The position numbers were made by a program, and so were the translations under genes. A DNA stretch of 64,000 bases from Mobula hypostoma (taxonomy: Eukaryota). Within the stretch, counting starts at the first letter, position 1, and each line of letters opens with the position of its first letter. Location of the stretch: assembly GCF_963921235.1 (NCBI RefSeq), contig NC_086097.1, forward strand, positions 180,856,001 through 180,920,000, in the 5' to 3' direction. This document shows, piece after piece, positions 46,234-59,630 of this stretch. The notes beneath the pieces are model-generated. The model made no database searches. It was not told where the DNA came from and saw only the letters and a list, made by a program, of their open reading frames with translations.

Positions 46234-48565
46234 TTTATTTTTCCCAAAATATAATGCTGAAACCAGACAATCTGCAATCACCATCTCCACATAACTGGGT
46301 GCTCTTTACTGCAAGGGTTTCAAGTGTCCAATACATTTTAAAAATAAAATACATCAGAATCATTACTGCAAAGACATCGCAGGATCCACAAACAATGCCA
46401 ATGATACCATGTTTACCATAGGTGACAAATGCCCAACTATAATGTCCTTTCAAACTAATCATACTGGAGAATGCTCCAAATTGTGTGGTGTTAAGACTGG
46501 AGTACTGGAGGGAACAGTTTGATCATTAACTCACTAATACTGGGGTACAGCATTGGTAGGTTAGTACTGAGACCAAATTGAGTGATGGGGTGAGAAAATG
46601 AACTGTTTCTGTTTAAGAAAAGCTGTCCAAGCACTCCCCCCCAATGCACTATGGCCAGAGTTAAATCTCAAGAGTCCCATGCCAAGACTTGTTTCAGCAA
46701 GGTTGTTGGGAGAGAGGCAGAACTAAGCATGTTCTGGAACTTCTGATTAATGATGGAAAGTGTCCAGTCCACTCAGTAGGAAAGAATGGACTCAACCCTT
46801 GAACAGTCTGGGAAACTCCATCAAACTTCCAAAGGCAGGATGTCTGAAATATCCTCCAAAACAAAAAAAAACAGATGTTCAGCCCTCATAAGGATCTCTA
46901 AACCTGGCGTGACACTAATACCTTGTCTTTAACATACATTTATTATTGGAATAGAATGCTCTTCTTTAGGGGATTGGGTAGGAAAGTGAGTGCGGGGAGA
47001 GGCAAAGAAAGGAAATAATACATGCAAATTCCATACTATTTTGCATCCCCATGAGCAAGGCCCCTCAAGTTCACCTTCATTCTCAAGCATACCCAAGATC
47101 AAAACTTGGAAGACTTTTACAAAGAAAATGTTTAGTGCTGATCTAAGCATTCGCCATTATGGAACAGGACAAAGTAATGGCAGACACTGGTTTGGCAAAT
47201 AAACAGCTAAGGAATGCAAGCCACACATTTCTCATGGGTCATGGGATAATGACCAAGAACAGTGTCCATACACAATAGAAGAAAGGACTGTTTAAGCAAG
47301 CAGATAAGTAGGGATCATCCCAAAGTTAATATTAAAATATTACTCCTAGCCCCCTTTCCAGGAAACCTACAATTTTACAGTTTGGGTGCTACTACAGTAT
47401 GGATTACCAACCTTTCACATTGAAAGGATCATTATGCTACAGGGCAGATATCACACAGTGGCAACAGAAATGCAAGTTTTTACTCAGGTTCCATAGGAGA
47501 GGTTTAAAAGGGATGCGGAACAGATTCCTGAAGCTTAAATAGAAACCACACTTCACTCTGTATTGCCCTTGCAGCAAGGGCTACAACAGTGCATCACCCA
47601 CAAATAAATAGTTTGTGGTTCTCTCAAACTTTCACTTGAGAGCCCCACATTCAGGTGCTGGGGGAGGTACTGTGACAGTGCAACAAGTTAAAGCATTCTT
47701 ACAAAAATGAGCAAAACACTAATATAGAATTTAATTGGAATTGGCCATCAGAACCGTAATCTTTGGATGGTTTCTTTGAGAGAAACTAAGGTGTTTTTCT
47801 TTGAGAAAAGCTACAAAAGAATGTGGAGGTGTGGGTGTAAACTGATTGCATTAATCAGATAACGATGCACCCATTCCTTTTAGCAAATGTGCAACACCCT
47901 ATAACCAGCCTGAACAGCAGAGAATGTTTAGCTCCTGGTCTGTTGCAGTAGGTGCAGCACGCAGACGTTGGGACTCGTCACAGCAAAGGACACTTCCTCT
48001 TCTTGGAAACGACTTGAGCCCTGCCTGTTCAGGGCTAATGGTCACGGGGAACAAGCATTCATGCAGTAACAACTTCCAATCCCATTTTCCAGTAATTAAT
48101 TCCTGTGAAGAACAATGGGCTCAACAGCTTAATTTGGGGACTGGTTCAAAAATGGAACAAATCAACCCCCTCCAAAAAAAGTGCTGAAGCGCAGTGGGAC
48201 CAGAACAATCTTGGGGCTTGGCACAAAATATTAGGCAAGAGGTCAGATTTTCCAAGAATGGAGGTGCATTGCAGCAAGGTAAAGGGTTGAGACAGGCAGC
48301 AGCCACATCAGCCCAAACTGAAGCAGGCAAACCGCCACTGGAGGATGAAGTGTTCTTCAGCCTTTCCTGTCCCACCCTAACCAGATGAGAACTACAGCTT
48401 CTAGGATTAGTAACCTTATGAACAGCGATTTCTGCACTTGATTTTTAATTGTCTAGCATGCTTAAGCTCAGCCGCACCCACACTGCTGTGTCAAGCCCTT
48501 TGGGGATGATCTGTAACACTTTATAGAAATTTTCCTAATGTTGATACCAAGTTGCTGCTGATACA
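46234..48565 (-). other. ABCF2: Probable ABCF2 3' UTR with candidate AATAAA signals at 46939-46944 and 46234-46239
   Basis: About 2.3 kb without recognisable repeats directly after the stop codon; two minus-strand AATAAA. Confidence 0.5.
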
Positions 48566-48703
48566 TCAGGCACAGGGGGTCTTCTTGCTGCTTTGAGGAT
48601 TGTCACCCAACATCTTTGATTTCAGATGCTCCTTGTAGGACAGGATACCTCCTTGCCACTTCCTGATTGTCTGCTTCTCACACACCCAGATCTCCTGAGC
48701 TAC
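48566..48703 (-). CDS. ABCF2: ABCF2 last coding exon
   Basis: [31 protein letters not shown]...TGA; ttctcAG acceptor. Confidence 0.93.
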   Translation of the reverse strand, partial: VAQEIWVCEKQTIRKWQGGILSYKEHLKSKMLGDNPQSSKKTPCA

Positions 48704-48999
48704 CTGAGAAACAAATTGGAAATTAGTGTCAGATATAAAAACACTTAAGACCAGGACCCGAGAGGGAATTTTCTCCCAACCCAGCAGGCTCATGCAGCCA
48801 GATCCCAATGAAAAGCTACTCAAAGAGCACCAGTAATTCCTCCCATCTCTCTCTGGCTTCTCCCTGCTATGTTCTCCATTGTAGGCTCAGCAATCCAGTT
48901 AAATAACATGACAAAAGGTTGCAAGTATATTGATGTTGGAAGCCAATCAAATCCACATCAACACAATGATATTTTTTGTGAGGTTTGATGCAGTCAGTG

Positions 49000-50140
49000 A
49001 GTTTTAGCCTTGATTCCCAGTGCCCTCGGTTTCACCATTACTCTGATACCATACCCTGGCCTCTTCACATCAGTACACTGAAGGAGCAGTGTTTAAGTGT
49101 TTCATGTGTAGGGCACAGAAGTAGTATTTACCAAAGCTTATGGGATCTTAAATTTTATAAATGTTGGTTACAAAAGCAGGTAAGTCATGTTGAACTTTGC
49201 TACAATTAGTCTTCTACTCGTTTGGCTCACACTATAGGAATGAAATGAAATTCAAGAGCACACAGAAGAGATTTGTCAGGATGGCTCCAGGGATTAAGAA
49301 TTCTACAAAGGTAGGTGGGAGAAGTTGGGCTTGCTCTCACAGATTGAGAGGTTTCACTGAGATGCTAAAAAAGAAGACAGATAAAGCAGGAAAAAAATTT
49401 TTTGGCAAGAACTAAGGGACAGATTTAAGGCTTTGGAGAGAAGCGAAGCAGGATGAGAGGAAGAATTTTAAAAAATGACTCAGAAAGGTGTTGCTGGAAG
49501 TAATGACAAAGAATTCCGAAGAAAATTGCCTACAAGGGAAGACTGCAGGGCTTTTGTTGGTAGTGAAGGAAGACATCCAACTGGTTTGTTCAGATTTGAG
49601 CTAAACAGCTTCGTATACTGTTACAAACAAGACAAAATCTACAGATGCTAGAAACCCAAGCAACACACACAAAATACTGGAGGAACTCAGCAAGCCAGGC
49701 AGCATCTATGGAAAAAAGTACAGTTGACATTTCAGGCTGAGACCCTTCAGCAGGACTAGAGAAAAAAAGAGGAGGAGGTGATATTGTTTGGTGGTAGAAT
49801 CCTTTGGAGATGGCAGAAGTTATGAAAAATGACTTGTTAGAGGTTGGTGAGACTAGAACTAGAAGTCATAGATTAAAGGTGAAAGGTTTAAGGGAAACCT
49901 TGAGGGGAATATTTAAGGGGAACCTTTTTTACTCAGAGGGTGGTGCATGTGGAATATGATGCCAACAGAAGTGGCAGATGCAGGTTCAATTGTAACATTT
50001 AAGAGAAGCTTGGATAAGTACACAGATGGGAGGGATATGGAGGACAATGGTCCAGGTGTGGGTCGATGAGACCAAGCAGAATAACAGTTCGGCATGGACT
50101 AGATGGGCCAAAGAGCCTGTTTCTATGCTGTAGTGCTCCA
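49000..50140. mobile_element. CR1 3' fragments and a Penelope terminal repeat (49625-49780)
   Basis: tttttactcagagggtggtg CR1 motif; caacacacacaaaatactggaggaactcagc Penelope-end motif. Confidence 0.7.
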
Positions 50141-50470
50141 AAACTCTACAAAAGTCAAATCCTAAAATGAGGAGAGGTTCTGGAAACATTCCTTCAGAGT
50201 GCTGTTAGAAGTAAGGAGAATCCGCCAAGGAATGGTTCAGAACATTGCATTTAGCAAAAATCTCATTGAAAATTTGAAAGAAGCATAGATTTGGGCCAAA
50301 GGAAGCAAGGACAAGCTACTGTCTTCCATTCTGGAAACATCTGGTTAACAATGTTGAAGGGAATATTCACTATGGACCACCGCATGAAGGACCAACCTAC
50401 AGCTGATCTCATGGGTCATAAGGCCTAACAGATGAGTTTGAGTGGAAAGCAAGAAAAAAAATTTCCTGAC

Positions 50471-50674
50471 CTGCTGAATGAGCCTGAAGTCGTGGCTGAC
50501 CAGCATCATACCGCCCTCGAACTCATTGATAGCGTCAGCAAGGGCATCAATAGTCTCAATATCCAGGTGATTTGTGGGCTCATCAAGAAACAGCATATGA
50601 GGAGACTGCCAAGCCAGCCAGGCAAAGCACACTCGACACTTCTGTCCATCCGACAGGTTTCGGATGGGACTCAC
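50471..50674 (-). CDS. ABCF2: ABCF2 exon (second ABC domain signature, Walker B, H-loop)
   Basis: [72 protein letters not shown], 204 bp. Confidence 0.96.
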
Positions 50675-51513
50675 CTGGAACACAATCCAGAAATAAACAA
50701 TTTACCTAGAATGTGAGGTAGAGCACAAGTTCAGGTATTTGAAGCAGAAGAATGCTATAGAGCTCCAAGATGGCTCCTCTGTTCATCAAAATCATGGATG
50801 ATCCTCTATTAGCACCATACCCAATCCTTTAGTGATCAAAATCCACAGATTTCTTTCTCAAATGAACACAATAACCACACTTTTACATTTATTTAGGGGT
50901 AAAGATTTTCAAAGAGGTTCCAGCCTCTGAAGAATATGGCCTCATCCAAGTCTTACATTGCTTATCTCTTACAGTATACCAAACTGTGTCCTCAGTCCAA
51001 GATGCCTCAGTCCTCACCCCTGACCTGTGATAAGTTTGTAAGTTTTAGATCTCCTTTCGTCAACTGTACTCAATTCTTCAGATGCAGCCCTATACAAGTG
51101 GTAAGGCTCATTTAATCTTGCATGATAAGCATTCACATATTAAAGGTTAGCATACCCAGTCGCTCTGCTAATCACTTGATGGATCTCCATGTCACCCTTC
51201 ACTAATTCTGTACCATCTGCCATGTTCTCACTTACCATGCCTACATCTGACCATCTTACATCCTCCTCCAAACTTGAATTATTCTGATGGCACTAACAAC
51301 AATTGGCTTCACAAACTCTGGCAAGGCTTCCAAACAAGCCTACCTTGAAAGACAAAAAAAGGTATCCAAGGCCAGATGGTTATGGCTATATTCCCTTTTC
51401 CACTTTCTGGGAGAGGATTCAAATTGATGCCTGGATCTAACAAAAGCTAATGCAACACAAGACTCTCAAATCCCAGCACTCAAGGCTCAACAGTTACCCA
51501 TTGTGGCACATAC

Positions 51514-51642
51514 CTGCTGCTTCCCTGAGAGCCCATAGCGCCCAATGATTTTCCGCATCTCCTCCTTTTCTTTGATTTCTGGATAGCACTTCATCATGTA
51601 ATCCAAAGGGGAGAGGTCCAAGTCCAACTGATCTTGCAAATG
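51514..51642 (-). CDS. ABCF2: ABCF2 exon
   Basis: [47 protein letters not shown], 129 bp. Confidence 0.95.
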
Positions 51643-51699
51643 CTGGGAGATGAGGAGAAATAACATTATAATAACACTTCAAAGAAATGTAACATTGAA

Positions 51700-53800
51700 A
51701 CATTCAAACTTGCTCAAGAGATCTGCAATCACAGCTGATCTTCTAACTCAAATAGCCTATCCCCACACTGTCCCCTTACACTGTGATGCCTTGTCCTCAC
51801 AAGTCAACACATTTCCTCAATTAATTTAACAATATGTCCTCCCCAGCATTCTGTGTTACAGAAGTCCACAGATTCACCACACTTTGACTCAATCAGGCAG
51901 CCTCTATGGAAAGAAAAGCCAATTAACATTTCAAGTTGAAGATGTTTCATCAGGTTTCCATCCATAAATGCTGCTTTACTGGCTGCATTGCTTCAGATTT
52001 TAGTAACTGCAGTTTTTTGTTTTCTGTTACTGAAGACATTTCTCAACTCAATTGAGCCCCTTATCCCGAAAATGACCCCTAGCTTTAGATGAGCCCAATG
52101 TTATTCTCACCAACTTGCATCCAGCTTGTCAAATTGAGGTACACTTCAATGAGATCCCCCCTCTCATTCCTCCAAACTTCATGGAACTATCCTTGAATGA
52201 CAGCCCATGAGCACAGAAATCAGAAAGGTGACGTTCCCTGCACTTCCTCTATGGCCAGCATATCTTTTCTGGGATAAGGAGTCAAAACTGCACATAATAC
52301 TCCAAGTGTGGCCCAGGATAATAGCAAGACAGCCTTATTCTTGAACTCAAATGTTCTTACAATGGAGGACAACATATTTTTTGCTCTATGTGAAGATTTG
52401 CTTTCAGTGATTCTTGTACATTGAATTTATTTTGGACATTTCCTAGATTTCAATACTTAAATTATACTACATTTGATTTCCCCACCAAAATGGACAACTT
52501 CACATTCATAACACATCTGCTGTGTTCATGCCCATCTACTCAAGCTGTCCAAATCCCACTCCACTCACAATCCCAATCAGTTTTATAACTTTGAAATTCA
52601 ATTTGCTCATCCAGAGCATTGATTAGCTGGTGCCCAGGCACAGATCCCTATAGTACATCATAAGTTGTAATTACAATGCCTCTGTAATTCTAATAGTATA
52701 TTCTGCATTGTCATTGCTTTTATCCTTGAGGTATTGAGGTACAGTGGAGAAACTGTTTTGCATGCCATCCTTACAGATCTTTCAATCACATCAGTAATTT
52801 ACCAGCTTCTGTCAACCAATTTTCAATCTATGTAAACATACTACCTACCTCCAATCCCACATGCTTCTATTTTGTGTACCAACAAGGCCCTCTGAAAAAT
52901 ACTTACTCCATTGGTTCCGCCAGTTACATGCTCAAGTCACTCCAGTAGATTTAACAAACACCATCTTCTCATAAATTCTTGCAGATTATCTAATCCCATT
53001 GAAATGTTCTATTCTATTATCACATCCAGTGGCATTTTCCTTGTGAATAGAGTAACCAACCATATTTTCCCTTTCTCCTCCGCTTCAATTTTTAAACTGG
53101 GGTTACATACAAAACCCTCCAATCTCAAGGAACCGTTCTTTGATGTTTTGAAATTCTGTAGGTCATGTCCAATGCATTCATTATTTCCATGACTACTTCT
53201 AAGTAATATAGACCATTATGCTCCTGGGATTTATTAGCTTTCAGTTCCATTAATTTTCCCAGCAATTTCACCCTTCCCCCAACAAAACTAACAAACTAAC
53301 TTGGTTTAACTCTTTTTTAATTATACACCCAAGTTATTTACCCTCTTCTGAAGATGGATTGTGGCTCCTCAACAATGTCTTAAAAAGTGATCACGTACAC
53401 ACTCCAATTCAGCTTGCACAATATTTGATTTGACCAGTCTACATGTAGACTTAAAGTCACCATTGATTTCTGCTGTACCCTTGTTACATGCATTTCTGAT
53501 TTCCTGAATGATGTTACCCCCTACATTACCACCGTTTGCAATCACAACTCATCTAAATATTTCCTGCCGTGTTGCTTTTTAACTGTACCAACTGATTCTA
53601 CATTCAGAATTTCTGAGCACACATTTATTCGCACCAATGCTGAGTTAATCCTTCAAGAACACCCCACACCCCTTTTCCATTCCTTCTCAGATATTGAGTA
53701 TCCTCAGATTTCCAAATCCCAGCTTTGATCACCCTGCATAATTCAAATATTATTAATGTTTTTTGAACATTCAGATGTCTTTTTCCAGATAGCTTAGCAT
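51700..53800 (-). mobile_element. Highly decayed CR1
   Basis: Minus-strand remnants such as ccacacttggagtattatgtgcagtttt and GDFK-like motifs. Confidence 0.6.
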
Positions 53801-54949
53801 TTGTTTATCACCTTTTTCCCATTTTCCCTTCCCCACAACCCGTGCTTCAAGTCCACTCATGTTTATACACTATCTTTCTGACAGATCTTGATAATTGCTG
53901 CCTCAAACAATTCCCTGGAATTAGACACCTTTTATCTTCTGCATTTCTCTCCGCTGGGATCCTCTCCTACATCTATGCGCACCCACATTAAAACCATACC
54001 TGCTTCTCCAGTAATTTGGTTGGTCCAAGCATGGTTTAAGACCAAGGGGGACAACAGGACTCAGACTCCCTGTGGATGTGGACACAGTGAATGACTGCTC
54101 TATTTCAGCATCTCCTGTGTACACTGCTGACCTTCTCCTCAGTCAAGTGACTTGACAAAGATCACGAATGGGATTTAGGACCATAATTTATAGGAGCAGA
54201 ATTGGCCCATTTGATCATGGCTGATTACTTTCCCTCTCAACTCCATTCTCCTACCTTTTCCCCATAACTTTGATGTCCTTACTAATCAATAACCTAACAA
54301 GCTCCACTGTAAATCTACCCAATGACTTGGTCCCCACAGCCTCTGTGGTAATGACTGTCATGCTATAACCAAAGAAATTCCTCATCTCGGTTCTAAAGGG
54401 ACGGCCTTCTATTCCTCGAGTTATTGCTCAACCTCAGAAGCCCACACAGTGGGCCCATAGCAAAGGCAGTTAGAAATAAGCAACCCAGTGAGCAAAGCAC
54501 TTCCCTTTGTCTGTGGCTTCAGCCCATTGATCTTGCAGTGGCCAAGGTACACAAGTAGCAGGAAAGTAAGTTCACAGAAATTACTCTCCACATCCTCAAA
54601 CTTGTTGTCAGACACACCCTGGGCCAATAAATTACAGCTGCTTCCAGCATTCCACCCAATACTGAGCATGTTTTCAAATATAGTGAAGGTTACTCTGGGG
54701 GGGGGGGGCGGGTGGGAGAGGAGGAAAACACAATCATCTTTGCTCAACAGGTTAATCAGTTTGGTAATGGTTCAGCAATTCAATCAGCACTGTAGCCATG
54801 CCAGACATTTAATCCTTCATGAGTGATTTGACGATTAAAATTTGAGACTTCAGATCCTGAATTTTTATATCAGGGAACACTGAAGAAACCAAGTCACTTA
54901 TTTCGTTAAAAGAAACCAGAGCCAACACACTCCCACGCTTCAGATAAAA

Positions 54950-56360
54950 AACTATTTGGGATTGCAAATACAGAGAATGTACAGAGGCTTCAAGACAAAA
55001 TGGACATGCTGAGTGAGCGGATGAAAACAGGGTAGGCAGCAAATGTGAAGTGTGAGATTACTTACTTACCCAGTGCACAAAACAGGATATGGGAAATATC
55101 AATGTTCAAAACTCAGGAGGACTTGGACAGGTCTCTAAAAGTAATTACAGTTCAACAAGCTGATAGGAAGGCAAATTCTTAGTAGTGGGGAGGAACAGAG
55201 GGATCTTGGGGTCCACACCCATAGGTCCTTCAAAGCTGTCACACAGGTTGATAAGATGGCTAAGGCAGCGTATGGTGTGTTAGCCTTTATTGGTCGGGGG
55301 ATTGAATCCATTAACCGTGAGGTGATGCTGCAGCTCTACAAAACTCCAGCTAGACCACACTTGAAGGATTATGTTCAGATCTAGTTGTCTCATTATGTGG
55401 AAGCTTTAGAGAGGGTGGAGAGGAGATTTATTAGGATGCTGCCTGGATTAAAGAGCACATCGTATCAGGAAAAGTTAAACAAACTAGGACTTTTCTCTTG
55501 GGCGCAGAGGAGGATAAGGGGTGACTTGACAAGATGAAGAGAAAAGCATTGAGGGTAGACAGCCAGCAACTTTTTCCACAGGGCAGCAATGGGTAATAGG
55601 AGGGGGCATAATGTTAAGGTGATTGGAGTAAAGTGGGTGGATGTCAGATGTAAGCTTTCATTAAAAAACAGTGTGGTAGGCGTGTGGAAGATGTTGCCAG
55701 GTGTGGTCTTAGAGGACATTTAAGAGTCCCCGATAGGCACATGGATGGAAGAAAACTGGAGGACTATGTGGGAGGGAAGGGTTAGATTAGTCTTAGAGTA
55801 GGTTAAATATCAGCCTGACATCATGAGCCAGAGGGCTTGCACTGTTCTTTGTTCAATTGTTGTGCTGGCCTTTCTAGTGGCAGGATGCAAGTACAGGTAT
55901 ACAACTACCTACTGCAATTGCATTGCTCTTGGCAAGACCACATCTGGAGTTCTGTGCAAGTTTGCTCTTCTGACCTAATCAAAGGATGTACATACCCTAG
56001 GTGAGTGCAACAGATTTGCCTGGCTGGGTCTTGGGATGGCTATTTGATGTAGGAGGAAATACTGAGCAGAGAAGGCCTGTATTCCTTGGGAGTTTGGAAG
56101 AATGAGAGGTGGCATCTTTGAAACTTAGTGCCCAATAGTCTGAATTGGTAGGACATTTTCCCTGACTGTGTTTTAAATATCTTTTCCTATTAATAGTTTT
56201 TAAGACTGAGATCAAGATTCTTCTGAGTGAAAAATCTTAAACAAAATCTATAGCCCAAAGGGTTGTGGTGATTCAGCCATTTATTCAGAACAGAGTGAAC
56301 AATGATCTTGAAGAATGACAGTACAGGTTTGAAATGCCAAATGGCCTCCTTCAAATTCTT
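54950..56360 (+). mobile_element. Nested CR1 3' fragments
   Basis: LQLYKT..RPHL remnants at about 55330 and 55940. Confidence 0.65.
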
Positions 56361-57491
56361 ATTTGACCTGATTTCTCTATAGAATAATTTAGACACGGTG
56401 ATTAACAGATATAGTAGAGGATAAAAAGGTGTAAAATTGCTTAAGACAGTAGGACTTCAGATCAAAAGAAAGGGAACAATGTACACAGTTCAAGGAAATG
56501 AAGCTAGGCAAGTGGTGGCAGTGAGCACATTTTTGTTGCAGTCATCATAATTATATTTAACGTTGTTATGGAAAAATAAAGGTATCCAAGAAACAAACAT
56601 GCTGAACTGGGGCATGAGTGATTTAATAAATATGAACAGGAAATAGAGTGGTGCAAGAAGGCAGAATGGGTTTGGGAGGGGATGAAGGACAGAGAGAGAA
56701 AGAAAGGGGAAGGTACAAGTTTTCTTTTCTTTCAGAACTTGGGCGTCACTGGCAAAGTCAACATTTACTGACTGCTGCAGTTACTCTGAAAGTGCTTCCA
56801 AAGTGTTTTTGGGTAGAGGGCTCCAGATTCGTCATGAAGGATTAACAATAAATTTCAAAGTCAGGATGGTGTAGGATTCAGAGAGAAATCTACATCTGGT
56901 GTCATTTCCTGCTACAATCTACCTTACTGGTGGTAGATGTCAGGGTTTGGGAGATGCTAGGATAGCTAACACAGAACAGTACAGCACAGGAACAGATCCT
57001 TTTGTCCCATGATATCACAGTATCAAATTAAACTGGTTATCTCTTCTCCATTTACCTCCACATTCATGTGTCTATCTAGAAGCCTCTTAAATGGCACTAT
57101 AATTTAGTTATACCCCTGTCACATTGTTCTAGGCACCTACCATTCGCTGTAACCTACAATGGTTGATGATTAGATTTTCCAAACTGGGAAAAGTAATGAC
57201 AGAGTGGATACAGAGAAATCCAAGACTTAGAGCACAGCTACAAATTTTAGCCTTTAAGCATTTCCTTAAACAGCAATAGATCACAAGGTATTTGAGAAAA
57301 CAAGTCCAAAATTGATTTTTGTTTTGGCTGACCAAATGGTACGGCAGAAAGCTGAGCATATTTAGTCAGGTCACATATCAACAGTGAATAGGCCATCTCA
57401 TTCATATTTTCCGACAAGATTGGTGACATTCGTTGCCCACCTTCTTGTATCACAGAAGTAGATGGGACCTGAGAAGGTTAGTGAAAGTTAC

Positions 57492-57554
57492 CTGATGGTA
57501 TCTCCCGATCTTGACGTGCGAGTGCTTTCGAATCATTCCATCGCAAGGCAAGAG
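57492..57554 (-). CDS. ABCF2: ABCF2 exon
   Basis: [25 protein letters not shown], 63 bp. Confidence 0.94.
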
Positions 57555-58927
57555 CTACAAGAGCACACAAAAATGGGCAAAATGGTCAGTACACAAATTA
57601 GGATTGCACAAAGGCCCAAAGTTCAGTCAACACTATCTCATGTTTTCAGGCAAACTAAAATCATGCTAAAGGAAAGTTTTTTTTGAGCAAGGGTGACAAG
57701 GATGGCCATAATCATGGCCTCTTCAGAATTGCTAAGGTGATGGCAGACCTCAAACCATTGCAATTGTTGCGTTGATTTAAAGGGCATCAACAGACAGGAA
57801 TCTCACCCAAAAGGACAGTCATTGCAGAACTACTGGTTCAGCTCCTACCTGATCTCAAGCAGCACAAATAGGAACCCCCCCGAGTCTCCTTGGGTAGAGC
57901 GCTGAAGGTGAATGGAAACCACTGCCAAGTGTTGTGATCGAGGCAGATACATTAGGGACATCTAAGGGACCCTTAGATAGGCACATGGATGAAAGAAAAC
58001 TGGAGGACTGTGGGAAGAAAAGGTTCGATTGATCTTAAAGTAAGTTAAAAGGTCAGTACAACATCTATGTGTAACTCAAGATGTATAGATAGGGTAGTCA
58101 GCCAGTGGAGCCCCTCTCCAAGACAGGCCGTGGCTAATACCAAAGGACATCCTTTTAAGATGAGTAGAGAAAAGTTTAGAGGAGATGTCAGAGGTAGTGT
58201 TTTATTTAAAATGTACACAGAGAGCAATTAAGTGCCTTGAACACAAGTTCCATAGGTGATGGTTGAGGCTGATACATCAGGGACATGAAAGAGACTCTAA
58301 GACTGGTACATGGCTGTATTGGAATAAGGGATTAAATTGATCATGCAGTAAGTATATACAGGTCGGCACAACACCTTGGGCTGAAGGGCCTGTACTGTGC
58401 TGTACTGTTCTGTGACATTGAAAGGTGTTGCTATTCTGAGGGACCTGGCTAACCTTGCATATGAATCACAGAACATTAACATGCAAGGTTAACAAGTAAT
58501 TAAAAAAACAAATGTTATGCTGGACTTTACTGTAACAGAATCCAAGTACTGGGATAGTATTGCTCCAATTATATGGAGTGCTGGTGAGAACACATCCAGA
58601 GTAATATGAAAGTCTGGTCTCCTGACGTGGGAAGGAGTCTTGCACAAACACAGTAAAGACTCACAATATTGAGCTCTGGGTTGCAGCTTTGTGCTAAAAC
58701 CAGGTCTTTACTTTTAAGTTTAGATAGAGGAGTTATTTATTAAAAGCTATTCTCAAGGTGGATGCACAGCTGATATCCTGTTTAGGACCATATTACTGCT
58801 TCAAAATAAAGGGATTTCCACTTGGATGCAGATAAGAAGAAATTTCTTCACCGAGGTACTATCTCTGTAATTCTTCACGTAGATGGGTAATCATTCAATT
58901 GTTTGAACCATCCTTAATTGTACTTAC

Positions 58928-59038
58928 ATCACCAGCTAGCAGTTTGAGTAATGTAGACTTCCCAGCTCCATTTGGCCCAACCAAGGCCACCCTGGTATCC
59001 AAATCAATTCCAAATTCTAGATTCTTGTAGATCAAAGG
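58928..59038 (-). CDS. ABCF2: ABCF2 exon (Walker A of second ABC domain)
   Basis: [45 protein letters not shown], 111 bp. Confidence 0.96.
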
Positions 59039-59540
59039 CTGTAAGAGAATAAAATGCCAATCAACATTTAATTTATGTCAAAACACTGGTCCACCCAGAC
59101 CTTATGCTCATGGATCCTGATTGCATTTTCATCTCAACCAAAACTTCACCATACTATTTCCTCCCCCTACTATGAATACAAGTGGATACAGCATTTTGAT
59201 TTCACTCCCTTGTGCACTAGATACAGATTTTAGATGAAGGACTACCCTGGAAACATCAGTTGAGATAGTATATTGAGACTTCAAGATACGAGTGTCTCAA
59301 GCCAGTTACATCAAAGGATGTGAGTGAACAAAAATTCCACATGCCAAATACAAAAGCAGAGAACTTAACAAACCATCACAACATGGCTAATAGAAATTAA
59401 ACAAAACAAATACAATATGGGGATTCTCAGTATGGTTATGAGGGAAGCATACAGAACTGGGGAGTGAGCAAACAATTACAAACCTTGTGCATGTACCACA
59501 TTCTCAAGGTCACCCATGGATAGCCTTTTATTCAACTTAC

Positions 59541-59630
59541 CCCATCATTTGTGTACTTGAAGCTCACATTCTGCACCATAATAACAGGAGGAGGAATCTT
59601 CCCACATGACGGGAAATAGAATGATAAAGT
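59541..59630 (-). CDS. ABCF2: ABCF2 exon (most upstream in window; gene continues beyond 64000)
   Basis: [38 protein letters not shown], 90 bp. Confidence 0.94.

Noticed and set aside
37526..59630. ABCF next to TRIM as evidence of the MHC region
   Set aside because: The exons match ABCF2, not the MHC-linked ABCF1; no other MHC markers present
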